Origin: an uncultured Candidatus Saccharibacteria bacterium
Lineage (GTDB): Bacteria; Patescibacteriota; Minisyncoccia; Minisyncoccales; JAGMDC01
Direction of reading: 5' to 3'
Assembly (NCBI GenBank): GCA_964615205.1
Contig: CAZTQA010000002.1
Coordinates: forward strand, 53,286-117,285
DNA: 64,000 nucleotides
The notes below the pieces were generated by a model. It was not told the DNA's origin. It saw only the letters and a list, made by a program, of their open reading frames with translations, and made no database searches. Shown here in pieces: positions 17,601 through 27,487 of this stretch (position 1 is its first letter; every line of letters starts with the position of its first letter). The translations under genes and the position numbers were made by a program.

Positions 17601-19160
17601 TTATAAAAAACCATCATTTTTTTTCAAGCGGAATTTTTCCGTAACCCAGAAGCCCATATACTTACCCAGCATTAATCTGGTCTGGGCTTCGATGGATGGA
17701 ATAGCTCCAAAGATTATTAAGCTCACGGGCAAAAAAACCCACTGGGCCACAATAAAAAGATTTTCTTTTCTGCCAAACTCAAGCTTAGAGGCTTTCAACA
17801 GTAAGCTGTTTATAATCATAAAAACCAGTACTCCCACAAGAGCAATCTTCATTAAGTTTCCGGTTATGGTCGGCAAGCTGTAGGAAAGAACTGTCTGCCT
17901 GAATTCTTCTCCTCCTAAAACAATAGGCAGCCATCCCAAGAAAAGAATAATCAAAGCATTAGTTCCCCAAGCCCAAAAACCTTCAATAAGAAGAAAAACA
18001 TAATGGAATTTTTTCCAAAAAGGGATTTTCTTATTTTTGAAAAAACCAAAAAGGATATAAGGTATGCCCTCTCCTCCCCAAGCCCATCTCCTCTGCTGCT
18101 TGTATTGATTAATGATTGTTTGTTTCAAACTATCAGCCACGCAGTTATCCTGGGAAATGGGATAATGGAGAGGAATTGTTTTGTAATTGCCTTCAAAAAA
18201 CAGCAAAGATTTCCAGAAAATACCAGCGTCTTCAGAAACCACATTTGTTTGCCAGAAATCCATTTCTACTAAGGATTTGAAACTCATAGAATGAGAAGAA
18301 TAAGTGACTAATTTTTCTGGCCTCTGCTGCTGAATCATCTGCCAGAAAACATTACAGGAAGAAACTAATCTGGAAAAAAAAGGCGCTTCTTTAAGATTAT
18401 TCAAGTATAAAGGAATGGGCTGAAAACTGGAATGAAAAGGATCTGGATCAATTAAGAAGTGATAAGTCAAACAGGAAAAATAGTGAGGATAGGCCTGGGT
18501 ATCAATGTCAAAACTAGAAACAATAACTTTTTCATAAGGAATTCCTTCCTTATCTATAATTTCTTCTTTGGCTTTTCTTCCTGCCCAGGATTCATTTGAC
18601 CCTTTGCCGGCAATTTCCCCCACAATGTCATTAGGATGGCGAGTGATTAAAAATCTATGAAATTTAGGGCCAAATTCTTTTTCAATTTCCTGGGCGGTTC
18701 TTTCTGCTTCTTGCCCAGCCCTTTGTTCTATTCCTAAAACAACAATCATTTTTTCCTTGGGATAATAGCAATCAGCTAAGGCTTGAAAAGTTTCCCTGGC
18801 AACACTCAATTCTTCCTTGTACATAGGAAATACAATGAGATGATAAACGTCTTTCCAATCATTCTCTTTTAATTGGTTCAGTTTTTCAATCCAATCAATT
18901 TTCAAGTTTCTATTCATCTCCCGATAAGCTGAAACTAAACAAAGAGAAAAATAAATGGTGCGTAGAAGCCAGTAGATACAAAAAGCAATAATAAAGAAAC
19001 CCACATAAAACGGAAAGAGCCAGGAAAAAACAAAGATGCCGATCAAAGTAAACCAAACCAAAAAACCAGGAATAATTTCAAAAACCCGGTAAATAAATCT
19101 TTCTTTGGGATTTTTTAAATCAGTGGCTTTGCCAACCTTTATATAATAAGGAACATCCAT
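17601..19160 (-). CDS. Membrane GT2-family processive glycosyltransferase
   Basis: DID, SED and QQRRW (QxxRW) motifs; N- and C-terminal TM segments. Confidence 0.85.
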   Translation of the reverse strand: MDVPYYIKVGKATDLKNPKERFIYRVFEIIPGFLVWFTLIGIFVFSWLFPFYVGFFIIAFCIYWLLRTIYFSLCLVSAYREMNRNLKIDWIEKLNQLKENDWKDVYHLIVFPMYKEELSVARETFQALADCYYPKEKMIVVLGIEQRAGQEAERTAQEIEKEFGPKFHRFLITRHPNDIVGEIAGKGSNESWAGRKAKEEIIDKEGIPYEKVIVSSFDIDTQAYPHYFSCLTYHFLIDPDPFHSSFQPIPLYLNNLKEAPFFSRLVSSCNVFWQMIQQQRPEKLVTYSSHSMSFKSLVEMDFWQTNVVSEDAGIFWKSLLFFEGNYKTIPLHYPISQDNCVADSLKQTIINQYKQQRRWAWGGEGIPYILFGFFKNKKIPFWKKFHYVFLLIEGFWAWGTNALIILFLGWLPIVLGGEEFRQTVLSYSLPTITGNLMKIALVGVLVFMIINSLLLKASKLEFGRKENLFIVAQWVFLPVSLIIFGAIPSIEAQTRLMLGKYMGFWVTEKFRLKKNDGFL

Positions 19161-19168
19161 AAAAATAA

Positions 19169-20149
19169 CTAATTATTTATCAATTCCTTTGTTTCTTCCC
19201 AAATACTATCGTCATTCTGCTTGGTTTTCATCCAATACCACCACTCCCCTCCCCAGAAGTAAAACTCTTTTAATCCGGTCTCTTTAGCTAAACTGATTAT
19301 ATCTCTGAATCTATCCAAATTCATAGTTTTCTTTTGTTCTTCTAAGGAAGAATCATAAAGCAAGGTAGGCCCCCAGGGTTCTGCCTGGAGTTCAGTGCAA
19401 ATTATTTCTTTTTCAAAAACAAAATCTATAATTTTAGATTTGCGCCAGTAAAAAACACCCGGCAAATGATATTTTACATATCTTTTAAGTTCTTTAAACC
19501 AGGCTTCCTGGTATAAAGAAATGCCTACTACATCTCCCAGCTTTGCTCCTTTAAACCAAAAAGAAAAGCTTCCGCTTTCTGTTATAACTATTTTCTTGTC
19601 TGGATCAAGTTTTTTGACTAAATCTATTTCTTTTTCCACCAAATCCCGGCTTGTTTCAGGGCAATCTCCAAAAGGAAAAAAGGGTTCGTTTTCAATTTGC
19701 CAAGCCCAGACTATTTCTTCGTCCTTATGCTGTTCTACTATTTCTTCTAAATATTTTAATAGTTCTTCCTCCCAGTTATCGCGAGCCCATTCTGGAATAT
19801 GGCATTCAGGCCAGCGTGGAGTTTTCATTCCTACGGTCAAAATAACATCCGCATTTCTTTTTTTTGCTTCTTCTATCTGCCAATCCAAATCTTCAAAAAA
19901 GTATTGGTCTTTCTGCGGCTCAACCATATCCCAGTAAGCAATCAATCTCACATTTTTAATATTTAAATCATCTAACAAAGCCAGATAGGTTTCCTTCCAG
20001 TCTAAATTTAAAGCTTGGGTGTGTTTCTGGGAAAAATTCATTCCCCAAACAATTTCATCTTGAACTGGCGCTTTTCCCATAAAGAAAAACGAAAAAACAA
20101 TCATTAAAAAAACTAATAGAGCAATTAAAAATTTAATTTTTTTCTTCAT
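19169..20149 (-). CDS. Membrane-anchored clan GH-A glycoside hydrolase
   Basis: WQIENEP acid/base motif; ELQAEPW nucleophile region. Confidence 0.75.
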   Translation of the reverse strand: MKKKIKFLIALLVFLMIVFSFFFMGKAPVQDEIVWGMNFSQKHTQALNLDWKETYLALLDDLNIKNVRLIAYWDMVEPQKDQYFFEDLDWQIEEAKKRNADVILTVGMKTPRWPECHIPEWARDNWEEELLKYLEEIVEQHKDEEIVWAWQIENEPFFPFGDCPETSRDLVEKEIDLVKKLDPDKKIVITESGSFSFWFKGAKLGDVVGISLYQEAWFKELKRYVKYHLPGVFYWRKSKIIDFVFEKEIICTELQAEPWGPTLLYDSSLEEQKKTMNLDRFRDIISLAKETGLKEFYFWGGEWWYWMKTKQNDDSIWEETKELINN

Positions 20150-21096
20150 AATAAAAATAATATACCTAATCCAGACCCAATAAACAAAAGGGCAATAATT
20201 TTCTGAAAAGCAATGACTGGAGAAATTTCTTCTTTTAATATTTTGGGATACTTAAAAGCGATTATAAGCGCTAATAAAATAAGGAAAAAATACTGTAAGC
20301 CCTGCAAGGCATTAATCAAAGCCACAGAAGCCAAGGGAGCCAAAGCAACAGCCCAGTTTTGAAGAATATTAGCTAAAGCGCCCAAACCCCTATTAACAAT
20401 GAGAATAAAAGCGGTTCTCATTTTTGTTTCTAATCCGGAAAAAAAACCAATCATCGTCCTTTTAGGTTTGTAAATTTTTCGCCTTAATTCTGAACTTATT
20501 AAAAGAAAAACCAAAGCTGCTAAAACACTGCCTAATTTTATCCAGATAAAGCCGTTCCAAAAAGGATTCCAAGCGGGCTGATTTAAGTAAACGTATTTTG
20601 CTAAAACAATTTCTAAAGCAAATAAAAAAGCGGTTATCAAAGAATATCTCAAAACACTAAGAGAGACATGAGTTTCTTTTCTTAAGGTAACAAGAACGCT
20701 TCCCATAACCAGTAAACCGAAAGCTAAGGTCTTAGAGAAAGACAAAAATATTTCACCGCCAGAGAAAAGATAGATTAAGAATAAAACAAAAAAAGGACTC
20801 AACCCCCCTATCACCGGCACCACTCTTGAAGCATCAAAAAGATGCAAAGAGAAATAAAGCCAATAAAGAGCTAGAACAAAAACCATTCCTGTAAATAAGC
20901 TTAAAAGTAAAACTCTTGTTTCAGGAACAAAAAATCCCACAAAAGGAATTAAAGCCACAACAAAGATACTCGTCAAGCCGACATAAAAAGCATAGACTCT
21001 GGGATGAGGCATTGGCCCGCTTAAAAGATATTTATCAATCAGAGAGCAGACGGCCAAAAGAAAATATGCTGAAATAATAATTGGAAGCCAAAGCAT
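20146..21096 (-). CDS. EamA/DMT-like multi-pass membrane protein
   Basis: About 10 hydrophobic segments in two repeats; ATG at 21096 preferred. Confidence 0.7.
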   Translation of the reverse strand: MLWLPIIISAYFLLAVCSLIDKYLLSGPMPHPRVYAFYVGLTSIFVVALIPFVGFFVPETRVLLLSLFTGMVFVLALYWLYFSLHLFDASRVVPVIGGLSPFFVLFLIYLFSGGEIFLSFSKTLAFGLLVMGSVLVTLRKETHVSLSVLRYSLITAFLFALEIVLAKYVYLNQPAWNPFWNGFIWIKLGSVLAALVFLLISSELRRKIYKPKRTMIGFFSGLETKMRTAFILIVNRGLGALANILQNWAVALAPLASVALINALQGLQYFFLILLALIIAFKYPKILKEEISPVIAFQKIIALLFIGSGLGILFLL

Positions 21097-21112
21097 AAAT
21101 CTTATTAAATGA

Positions 21113-21255
21113 GGCAATAAGGTTTCAAAGTAACTCTCGGAGTTCTGCCGGCATGGTCTCTCTTGATTAAAATCAAGAGAGCGGCAGAACGAGAGCGTAG
21201 GCTGGCAAATCTCGCTGGAGATTTGGACAGCCGGTACTTTGAAATTTTGATTGCC
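21113..21255 (+). ncRNA. Branched structured element (ncRNA or MITE-like), unassigned
   Basis: 20-bp closing helix with two internal hairpins; G-U pairs form on the plus strand. Confidence 0.5.
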
Positions 21256-21262
21256 GAATAAA

Positions 21263-22468
21263 CTAAATTTTTAAATAATTATTCTTGCAGATTTCTGCAT
21301 AATAATAAGCGCTGGACCGGGGCTTTCTTTCTAAAGTATTATAATTAATTTCCAATAATCCGAATCTCTGCTCAAATTTCTCAGGCCCTCCATGCCATTC
21401 TAAATTATCCATCAATGACCAGTACAAATAGCCTTTAACGTCTATTCCCTCTTGAATGGCTCTATGGATCCAAACCAAATGGTCTCTAATAAATTCTTTT
21501 CTATATTTATCCTGGCTATCAGCTAAACCATTTTCTGTGATATAAATGGGTTTTTTAAATTTTGCCAGATATTTTAAAGCCCAATAGATACCCTCTGGAT
21601 AAATCTCCCAGCCCATATCAGTTATTTTTTTGTTTAGATTCTTTACAAAAGGCACCCTTACCCCAGCAACTGTAGAGAATAAAGAGGGATACCAAACCAT
21701 TCTATTATGGAAATAATAATCCAAACCAATAAAATCAATCTCATCTTTTATTTTGCTTAAAAACCAATCATTCCAGAGAAAATGAAAAACTTTGGCTAAG
21801 AAAATTTCTACTGGGCAGTATTTTCTGGCTGGTTCAAAATAATTAGTCAACTTAGTAATACTAACCTTACCTGTAGGGCATTTTTTATGAATTAAGTAAT
21901 AGCTTTTTTGATATGCTTTTGATAAATTATTGAAAACCCTGAATAATTTAAAAATATTTCTTTTTTTAAAGGGCGGAAACTTACCTATTGAATAACCACT
22001 AATATATACCATTGGTTCATTTAAAATTATCCAGAAATCAATCAAATCACCTAATTCTTGAACAATAATTTTAATATAATTTTCAAAATAATCAACTGAT
22101 TTTTTATTTGCCCATCCGCCTCTTTCCATAAACCATTTTGGATTGGTCCAATGCCAAAGAGTAACAATCGTTTTAATATTTCTTTTTTTTAAAGCCAAAA
22201 GAACTTTTTTATAATGTTCAATTTCTTTTTGATTAATCCTACCCGGTTCTGGCTCTATTCTTGACCATTCAATGGAAAACCGGAATGCGTTTTGATTCAA
22301 TTTTTCCAGCCAGTCAAAATCTTGATCGTAGCGGTTGTAATGGTCGCAGGCCCTGCCAGCCGGATATTTGTCTGACCAGTCGCAATTTTCAATGCCGCCT
22401 TCTACCTGATAAGCAGAGGTGGAACTTCCCCATAAAAAATCTTTTGGAAAATCCAATTTTTTTTCCAT
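21263..22468 (-). CDS. Glycoside hydrolase family 1 (beta-glucosidase-like)
   Basis: FLWGSSTSAYQVEG, FRFSIEWSRI, NEP and ITENG motifs. Confidence 0.92.
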   Translation of the reverse strand: MEKKLDFPKDFLWGSSTSAYQVEGGIENCDWSDKYPAGRACDHYNRYDQDFDWLEKLNQNAFRFSIEWSRIEPEPGRINQKEIEHYKKVLLALKKRNIKTIVTLWHWTNPKWFMERGGWANKKSVDYFENYIKIIVQELGDLIDFWIILNEPMVYISGYSIGKFPPFKKRNIFKLFRVFNNLSKAYQKSYYLIHKKCPTGKVSITKLTNYFEPARKYCPVEIFLAKVFHFLWNDWFLSKIKDEIDFIGLDYYFHNRMVWYPSLFSTVAGVRVPFVKNLNKKITDMGWEIYPEGIYWALKYLAKFKKPIYITENGLADSQDKYRKEFIRDHLVWIHRAIQEGIDVKGYLYWSLMDNLEWHGGPEKFEQRFGLLEINYNTLERKPRSSAYYYAEICKNNYLKI

Positions 22469-22487
22469 TTCCTAATTATAACATAAA

Positions 22488-23825
22488 TTAATATTTTAGG
22501 AATTTGAGTTTTTGATTTTGTCTCTGATTAAGATGCCGAACCAAATATACCAGAACTAAATAATAGACTATTACCCAAAGCCAATGCATATTATTTATAG
22601 CCACAAAAGCCACAGGCAATTGAGAAAAAAAATCAATTGTTTTCACAATATAGGTTAAGAAAAACCAGTTTGGTAAAGAAAAAATCCAACCTAAAAACTG
22701 CCAAAATATGCCTACTAAACCCGAAACAAGACCAAAAATCATAATAAAGGGCAACAAGGGCACAATTAAGACATTGGCAATTGGCGAAACTAAAGAGACA
22801 TAACCGAAATTATAGATTAAGATGGGTAAAGTAAAAACATAAGCTGAAAAAGTCATAGCCAATATGTTTCTAACAAATTCCAAAGGAATTTTTTTAAGCC
22901 TGTGCTGAAAAAAAGGCATTAAATGAATTATGCCTAAGGTGGCTAAAAAAGAAAGCTGAAATCCAACGTCATAACGCAAAAGCAAAGGATTGTAGAAAAG
23001 CATTAAAGCCGCAGCTAAAACCAGGGCCCTGTCTGATTTGTTCATTCTGCCGGTCTTTTCAGCCAACAGAAACAAACCACCCATAATTCCTGCCCTCACA
23101 GCTGAAGCGGGAGCGCCGATCATAATAATATAAAGAAATAAAACAACAATGGCAAAATAAAAGGCCTGACTTTTCCACAAGCCCAATGCCATACCTAACC
23201 ACATCAAAATACCTGCCAGCAAAACAATATGCAGCCCGGAAACACAGGTAATATGCCGGGTGCCGGTAATATTAAGTTTTTCTTTATACTCTTCTGAAAT
23301 CTGCTTTTTATCCCCTAAAATAATGGCTCCTAAGATAGCTGATTGGGGAGGCGAAATATTTTCGTAAAGGGATTTTCTTAATTTGCTTTTAAACCCCAAA
23401 ATCAAAGAATAAAAATTGAGGGAGGCTGAGCCCCCCTCAATTTTTTTAACTTGGGGGAAATAAATTATGGAATAGATGCCGTCTTTAGATAAATATCCTT
23501 GATAATTAAAATCTTCAAAAATTTCAGGCGTTTCCAATTCTCCTTTAATTTCTAATCTATCTCCATAATTGTATTCAGGAAATCTATATGTAAAAACTAA
23601 AATTTTTCCTTCTCCTGCTTCTAAAATTAGCTGTGTATGTTTCTCCCTTACATCCGGTTCTTGGGAAATTCTGCCTGTTAATATTATTGTCTCTCCTGTA
23701 TCGTTATATTTTCTTAAAGAATTATCCGGAATATCTGTTTTAATTGGAAAATTAAAAAAGGAATTCAAAAAAATTCCTAAAATAAAAAGCAAGCAAAGAA
23801 AGAAAACAATTTGAGATAGAGTCAC
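22488..23825 (-). CDS. comEC: ComEC/Rec2 competence protein (no beta-lactamase domain)
   Basis: GTRHITCVSGLH, ASAVRAGIM, GFQLSFLAT motifs; N-terminal OB-like domain. Confidence 0.9.
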   Translation of the reverse strand: MTLSQIVFFLCLLFILGIFLNSFFNFPIKTDIPDNSLRKYNDTGETIILTGRISQEPDVREKHTQLILEAGEGKILVFTYRFPEYNYGDRLEIKGELETPEIFEDFNYQGYLSKDGIYSIIYFPQVKKIEGGSASLNFYSLILGFKSKLRKSLYENISPPQSAILGAIILGDKKQISEEYKEKLNITGTRHITCVSGLHIVLLAGILMWLGMALGLWKSQAFYFAIVVLFLYIIMIGAPASAVRAGIMGGLFLLAEKTGRMNKSDRALVLAAALMLFYNPLLLRYDVGFQLSFLATLGIIHLMPFFQHRLKKIPLEFVRNILAMTFSAYVFTLPILIYNFGYVSLVSPIANVLIVPLLPFIMIFGLVSGLVGIFWQFLGWIFSLPNWFFLTYIVKTIDFFSQLPVAFVAINNMHWLWVIVYYLVLVYLVRHLNQRQNQKLKFLKY

Positions 23826-24517
23826 CTTAACTTACATAATTTAAATTTGGGTTTTATCTCCTCTACCACCTCTTTTATCTCATTTTCTTTCAAAACAGGA
23901 AGTTTTAGTATTTCAGGATTTAGAATGGGTTTTTGAGAATTAAATTCCTGCAAAAAATATTTTACATTTTCCACAGCAATCCAATCTGCCAGATCTTGTA
24001 TATCTTCTTTAGTTAGTCCGGGAGCAACAGTTGTCCTGAATTCAAAATCAACCTTACCCTTTTTTAAGATATCAATGCTCTTGTCTATTTTTTTTAAATC
24101 AATTTTTTTTCCGGCATAAAAAGAATATTTTTCTTTGGGAGCTTTTACATCCATAGCCACATAATCAATTAATTTAAGCTGGATTAATTTTTGAAGCATC
24201 TCCGGATTAAAACCGTTGGTGTCTAACTTAATTAAAAAACCCATAACCTTTATTTTTTTTACAAAACCAGGAAGTTCTTTGTAAATAGTGGGTTCCCCTC
24301 CGCAGATTACCGTCCCCTCAAGCATTTTCTGCCTTTCTTTTAGAAAGTCAAAAAAATCTTTTTCTGAAATCTTGGGCTGTTTTTTTATTTCTTCGGGCAA
24401 AACCAGTTCCCGGGAATAGCAAAAAGGACAGCGAAAATTGCATCCAGTTAAAAAAACCGTGGCTGATAGTTTGCCAGGGTAATCTATTAAGCTTAATTTT
24501 TGGATTCCTCCGATCAT
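23822..24517 (-). CDS. nrdG: Anaerobic ribonucleotide reductase activating radical SAM enzyme
   Basis: CNFRCPFC motif, GGEPT; overlaps the nrdD stop. Confidence 0.88.
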   Translation of the reverse strand: MIGGIQKLSLIDYPGKLSATVFLTGCNFRCPFCYSRELVLPEEIKKQPKISEKDFFDFLKERQKMLEGTVICGGEPTIYKELPGFVKKIKVMGFLIKLDTNGFNPEMLQKLIQLKLIDYVAMDVKAPKEKYSFYAGKKIDLKKIDKSIDILKKGKVDFEFRTTVAPGLTKEDIQDLADWIAVENVKYFLQEFNSQKPILNPEILKLPVLKENEIKEVVEEIKPKFKLCKLR

Positions 24518-26622
24518 AGTGCCTTAACTTTGAATTCTTTTCTTTCTCTAAATTCCTGCTGTTTGCCGCGATTCCATTGCTGAACCGGCCTCAAATAACC
24601 CACTACTCGAGAATAAACTTCGCAAGGCTGTTTAACCAAGCATTTGGGACATTCAAAATGTTCACCGCTTAAATATCCGTGAACCGGACAAATAGAAAAA
24701 GTAGGACTAATAGTGATATATGGAAGATGAAACTTTTCAAAAACTTTTCTCACCAATGCCTTAACTGTTTCCACATTAGAAATCCTTTCTCCTAAGAATA
24801 AATGTTCTACTGTGCCTCCGGTATACTTACATTGAAGTTCGTCTTGGAGTTTTAAGGCCTCAAAAGCATCATTAGTATAATTAACCGGCAACTGACTGGA
24901 ATTGGTATAATAAGGATTTTCTTTTACTCCGGCCGTAATAATATCCGGGTATTTCTCTTTGTCTTTAAGGGCAAAACGGTAAGCTGTGCTTTCAGCCGGA
25001 GTGGCTTCCAAGTTATAAATGTTGTTGGTTTCTTCCTGATACTTAATCAACTTTTGACGCATAAAATCCATTATTTCCAGAGCAAACTTTTTTCCTCTGA
25101 TAGAAGCAATATTCTCTCCCAAGAAATTCAAAAGAGCTTCATTCATGCCCACTAATCCTATAGTAGAAAAATGATTAGCAAAATAATTTCCTCTGGCTTT
25201 TTTTACGCCTGACAAGTAAAACCTGGAATAAGGATAAAGTCCCTTTCCAATTAAATCCTCTATGGCTTTTCTTTTAATCTCCAAGCTATCCCTGGCTAAA
25301 TCCATCATTTTTTCTAATCTTTCAAAAAATTCCTTTTTAGTCTTAGAAACATATCCCAGGCGCGGAAGATTAATGGTAACAACACCTATACTTCCTGTAA
25401 GCGACCCACTTCCAAAGAGACCACCACCACCACGGTTGTAAAGGTCTTTTAAATCCAAACGAAGCCGGCAACACATCGAGCGCACGTCATCAGGTTTCAT
25501 TTCTGAATTAATATAATTGGCAAAATAATTAATTCCGTATTTAGCCGAGGCTTCAAAAATTAAATCGTAATTGGGGTCCTGCCATGGAAAATCTTTAGTG
25601 ATATTAATGGTCGGAATGGGAAAATGAAATGGACGGGAAGAACGATCCCCTTCCAACATAGTTTCATAAAGAGCTTTATTAAAAAGTTTCATTTCTTCCT
25701 CAAACTCACCGTAATTTTCTTTTTGGGGTTTTCCTCCAATAATAACCGGCTGATTAGCAAAAACAGAAGAAGGTTTCAAATCCAAAGTAATATTAGAAAA
25801 AGGACACTGGAACCCTACTCGAGTGGGTACAGCCATATTAAATAAAAATTCCTGCAACGCCTGCTTGACTTGACTAAAGTTTAAATTGTCATAACGGATA
25901 AAGGGAGCTAGTAAAGTATCAAAATTGGAAAAAGCCACTGCGCCAGCGCATTCTCCCTGAAGAGTATATAAAAAATTAACCGTCTGGCCTAAAGCAGCCC
26001 TGAAATGCTTGGCTGGTTTGGTTTCTACTTTTCCTGGTACGCCTCGAAAACCTTTTAACAAAAGATCATACAAGTCCCAGCCCATACAATAACAGGAAAG
26101 AGTGTCTAAATTATGAAGATGCAAATCAGCTGATTCATTGGCTTCCCTTATTTCCTGAGAATAAATTTTGTTAAGCCAGTATCTTTTAATAATATATGTG
26201 ACGCCATAGTGGTTTAATCCCTGCAAAGAAAAAGCCATATTAGCGTTTTCCTGCACTTCCCAGTCCAGTTTTTCCAAATACTGGTCAATTCTGTCCACAG
26301 CTTCTTCGCTTACAGCAATGGCCTCCCTGATTCTTCTTCTCTGCTCGCGGTAAAGAATATACGCTTTGGCAGTTTCCACTAAATCTTCCATAATTAAAAC
26401 CTCTTCCACAATATTTTGAACCTGTTCCACATTGGGAATCTCATCTTTCTTAAATCTGCGGTTTAAAATTTTAGCTACCCGATCTGAAACTTTTTTAGAT
26501 TTCTTTCCGTCGCCCTGGCCAGTGGAAGTAATGGCTTTATAAACAGCCTTGGTTATCTTTTCTTGGTCAAAATCCACTATTGTTTCGTCTCTCTTTTCAA
26601 TTTTAGTAATATGGTTTTTCAT
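24514..26622 (-). CDS. nrdD: Class III ribonucleoside-triphosphate reductase with ATP cone
   Basis: N-terminal ATP cone; SMCCRL; CPVHG/CPKC zinc site; YSRVVGYLRP glycyl-radical motif. Confidence 0.93.
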   Translation of the reverse strand: MKNHITKIEKRDETIVDFDQEKITKAVYKAITSTGQGDGKKSKKVSDRVAKILNRRFKKDEIPNVEQVQNIVEEVLIMEDLVETAKAYILYREQRRRIREAIAVSEEAVDRIDQYLEKLDWEVQENANMAFSLQGLNHYGVTYIIKRYWLNKIYSQEIREANESADLHLHNLDTLSCYCMGWDLYDLLLKGFRGVPGKVETKPAKHFRAALGQTVNFLYTLQGECAGAVAFSNFDTLLAPFIRYDNLNFSQVKQALQEFLFNMAVPTRVGFQCPFSNITLDLKPSSVFANQPVIIGGKPQKENYGEFEEEMKLFNKALYETMLEGDRSSRPFHFPIPTINITKDFPWQDPNYDLIFEASAKYGINYFANYINSEMKPDDVRSMCCRLRLDLKDLYNRGGGGLFGSGSLTGSIGVVTINLPRLGYVSKTKKEFFERLEKMMDLARDSLEIKRKAIEDLIGKGLYPYSRFYLSGVKKARGNYFANHFSTIGLVGMNEALLNFLGENIASIRGKKFALEIMDFMRQKLIKYQEETNNIYNLEATPAESTAYRFALKDKEKYPDIITAGVKENPYYTNSSQLPVNYTNDAFEALKLQDELQCKYTGGTVEHLFLGERISNVETVKALVRKVFEKFHLPYITISPTFSICPVHGYLSGEHFECPKCLVKQPCEVYSRVVGYLRPVQQWNRGKQQEFRERKEFKVKAL

Positions 26623-26636
26623 AAAGATATTACTCC

Positions 26637-26703
26637 ATTCTACTCCACATAAAAAAGAGCGTCAAATCAGCTCTTTCCCTATTAAAAAAATTAGTTATCC
26701 ACA
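26637..26703 (-). promoter_or_regulatory. Sigma70 promoter of nrdD (TTGACG-N17-TAGAAT) with upstream DnaA box
   Basis: -35 at 26660-26665, -10 at 26637-26642, TTATCCACA at 26695-26703. Confidence 0.65.
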
Positions 26704-26710
26704 GAGAAAA

Positions 26711-27352
26711 CTAATTTTTCTTTATTTCTTTTTGATATTCAAGATAGGAATAGACAATAAGATAGCCGGTAATCAATAAAACGGAACCTAAAAGAAGATA
26801 AACAAAATAATCTTCAAATAAAATTGCTAAAAGAAAAACAACAGCCAGAAGTTTAAACAATTTACTTCCGATTTTATGCGTTTTCTCCCAAACTTTATCG
26901 CTGCTTAATGTCCAGGGAGTTCTAATGCCAATAAACCAATTTCTTTTGGCATTCTCAATCAAGATTCCGCAGTAGTAGAATAACACTGATACGGCTGGCA
27001 GCATCAATAAATTCATATTGAAAGTCCAATCCAAGTTCCAGAAAATGGTTAAAAGATAAATATAGAAAAGAAAACCGATTATTAAAACAATAAATATGTC
27101 AAAGTATTTTCTAAATTTGGCAATGTTCTCTTTTAAGGGATCAATTTTAGGAATAACCAAAAAAAATAAAAACAAGCCCAAAATCATTAAGGGCATCGTA
27201 AACAAAGCCCAGAACTTAGCCATATAGCCGTCAACTTGGCCATGCTCGTTCCAGTGCGAAGCCATTTTCTCCGGCATCTGCGGATAAAAATAAAAGCCAA
27301 CCGCAAAAGAAAGCCCGATAATCAATAAAACAATAATATTAGTTTTCTTCAT
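26711..27352 (-). CDS. SdpI/DUF1648 family membrane protein
   Basis: MASHWNEHGQVDG and RNWFIGIRTPWTLSSDKVWEKTH motifs; ATG at 27352 preferred. Confidence 0.85.
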   Translation of the reverse strand: MKKTNIIVLLIIGLSFAVGFYFYPQMPEKMASHWNEHGQVDGYMAKFWALFTMPLMILGLFLFFLVIPKIDPLKENIAKFRKYFDIFIVLIIGFLFYIYLLTIFWNLDWTFNMNLLMLPAVSVLFYYCGILIENAKRNWFIGIRTPWTLSSDKVWEKTHKIGSKLFKLLAVVFLLAILFEDYFVYLLLGSVLLITGYLIVYSYLEYQKEIKKN

Positions 27353-27487
27353 ATATTTTATTATACCACACTTTCCCCTAAAATAAAAAATCAAACGGAA
27401 ACGATTTTTATTATAATCTCGCGGTCGTGGGAGCGTTCGTCATAATGGCCTTTAGTAGAAATACTTATTAGAGGCATATTTAATAAT

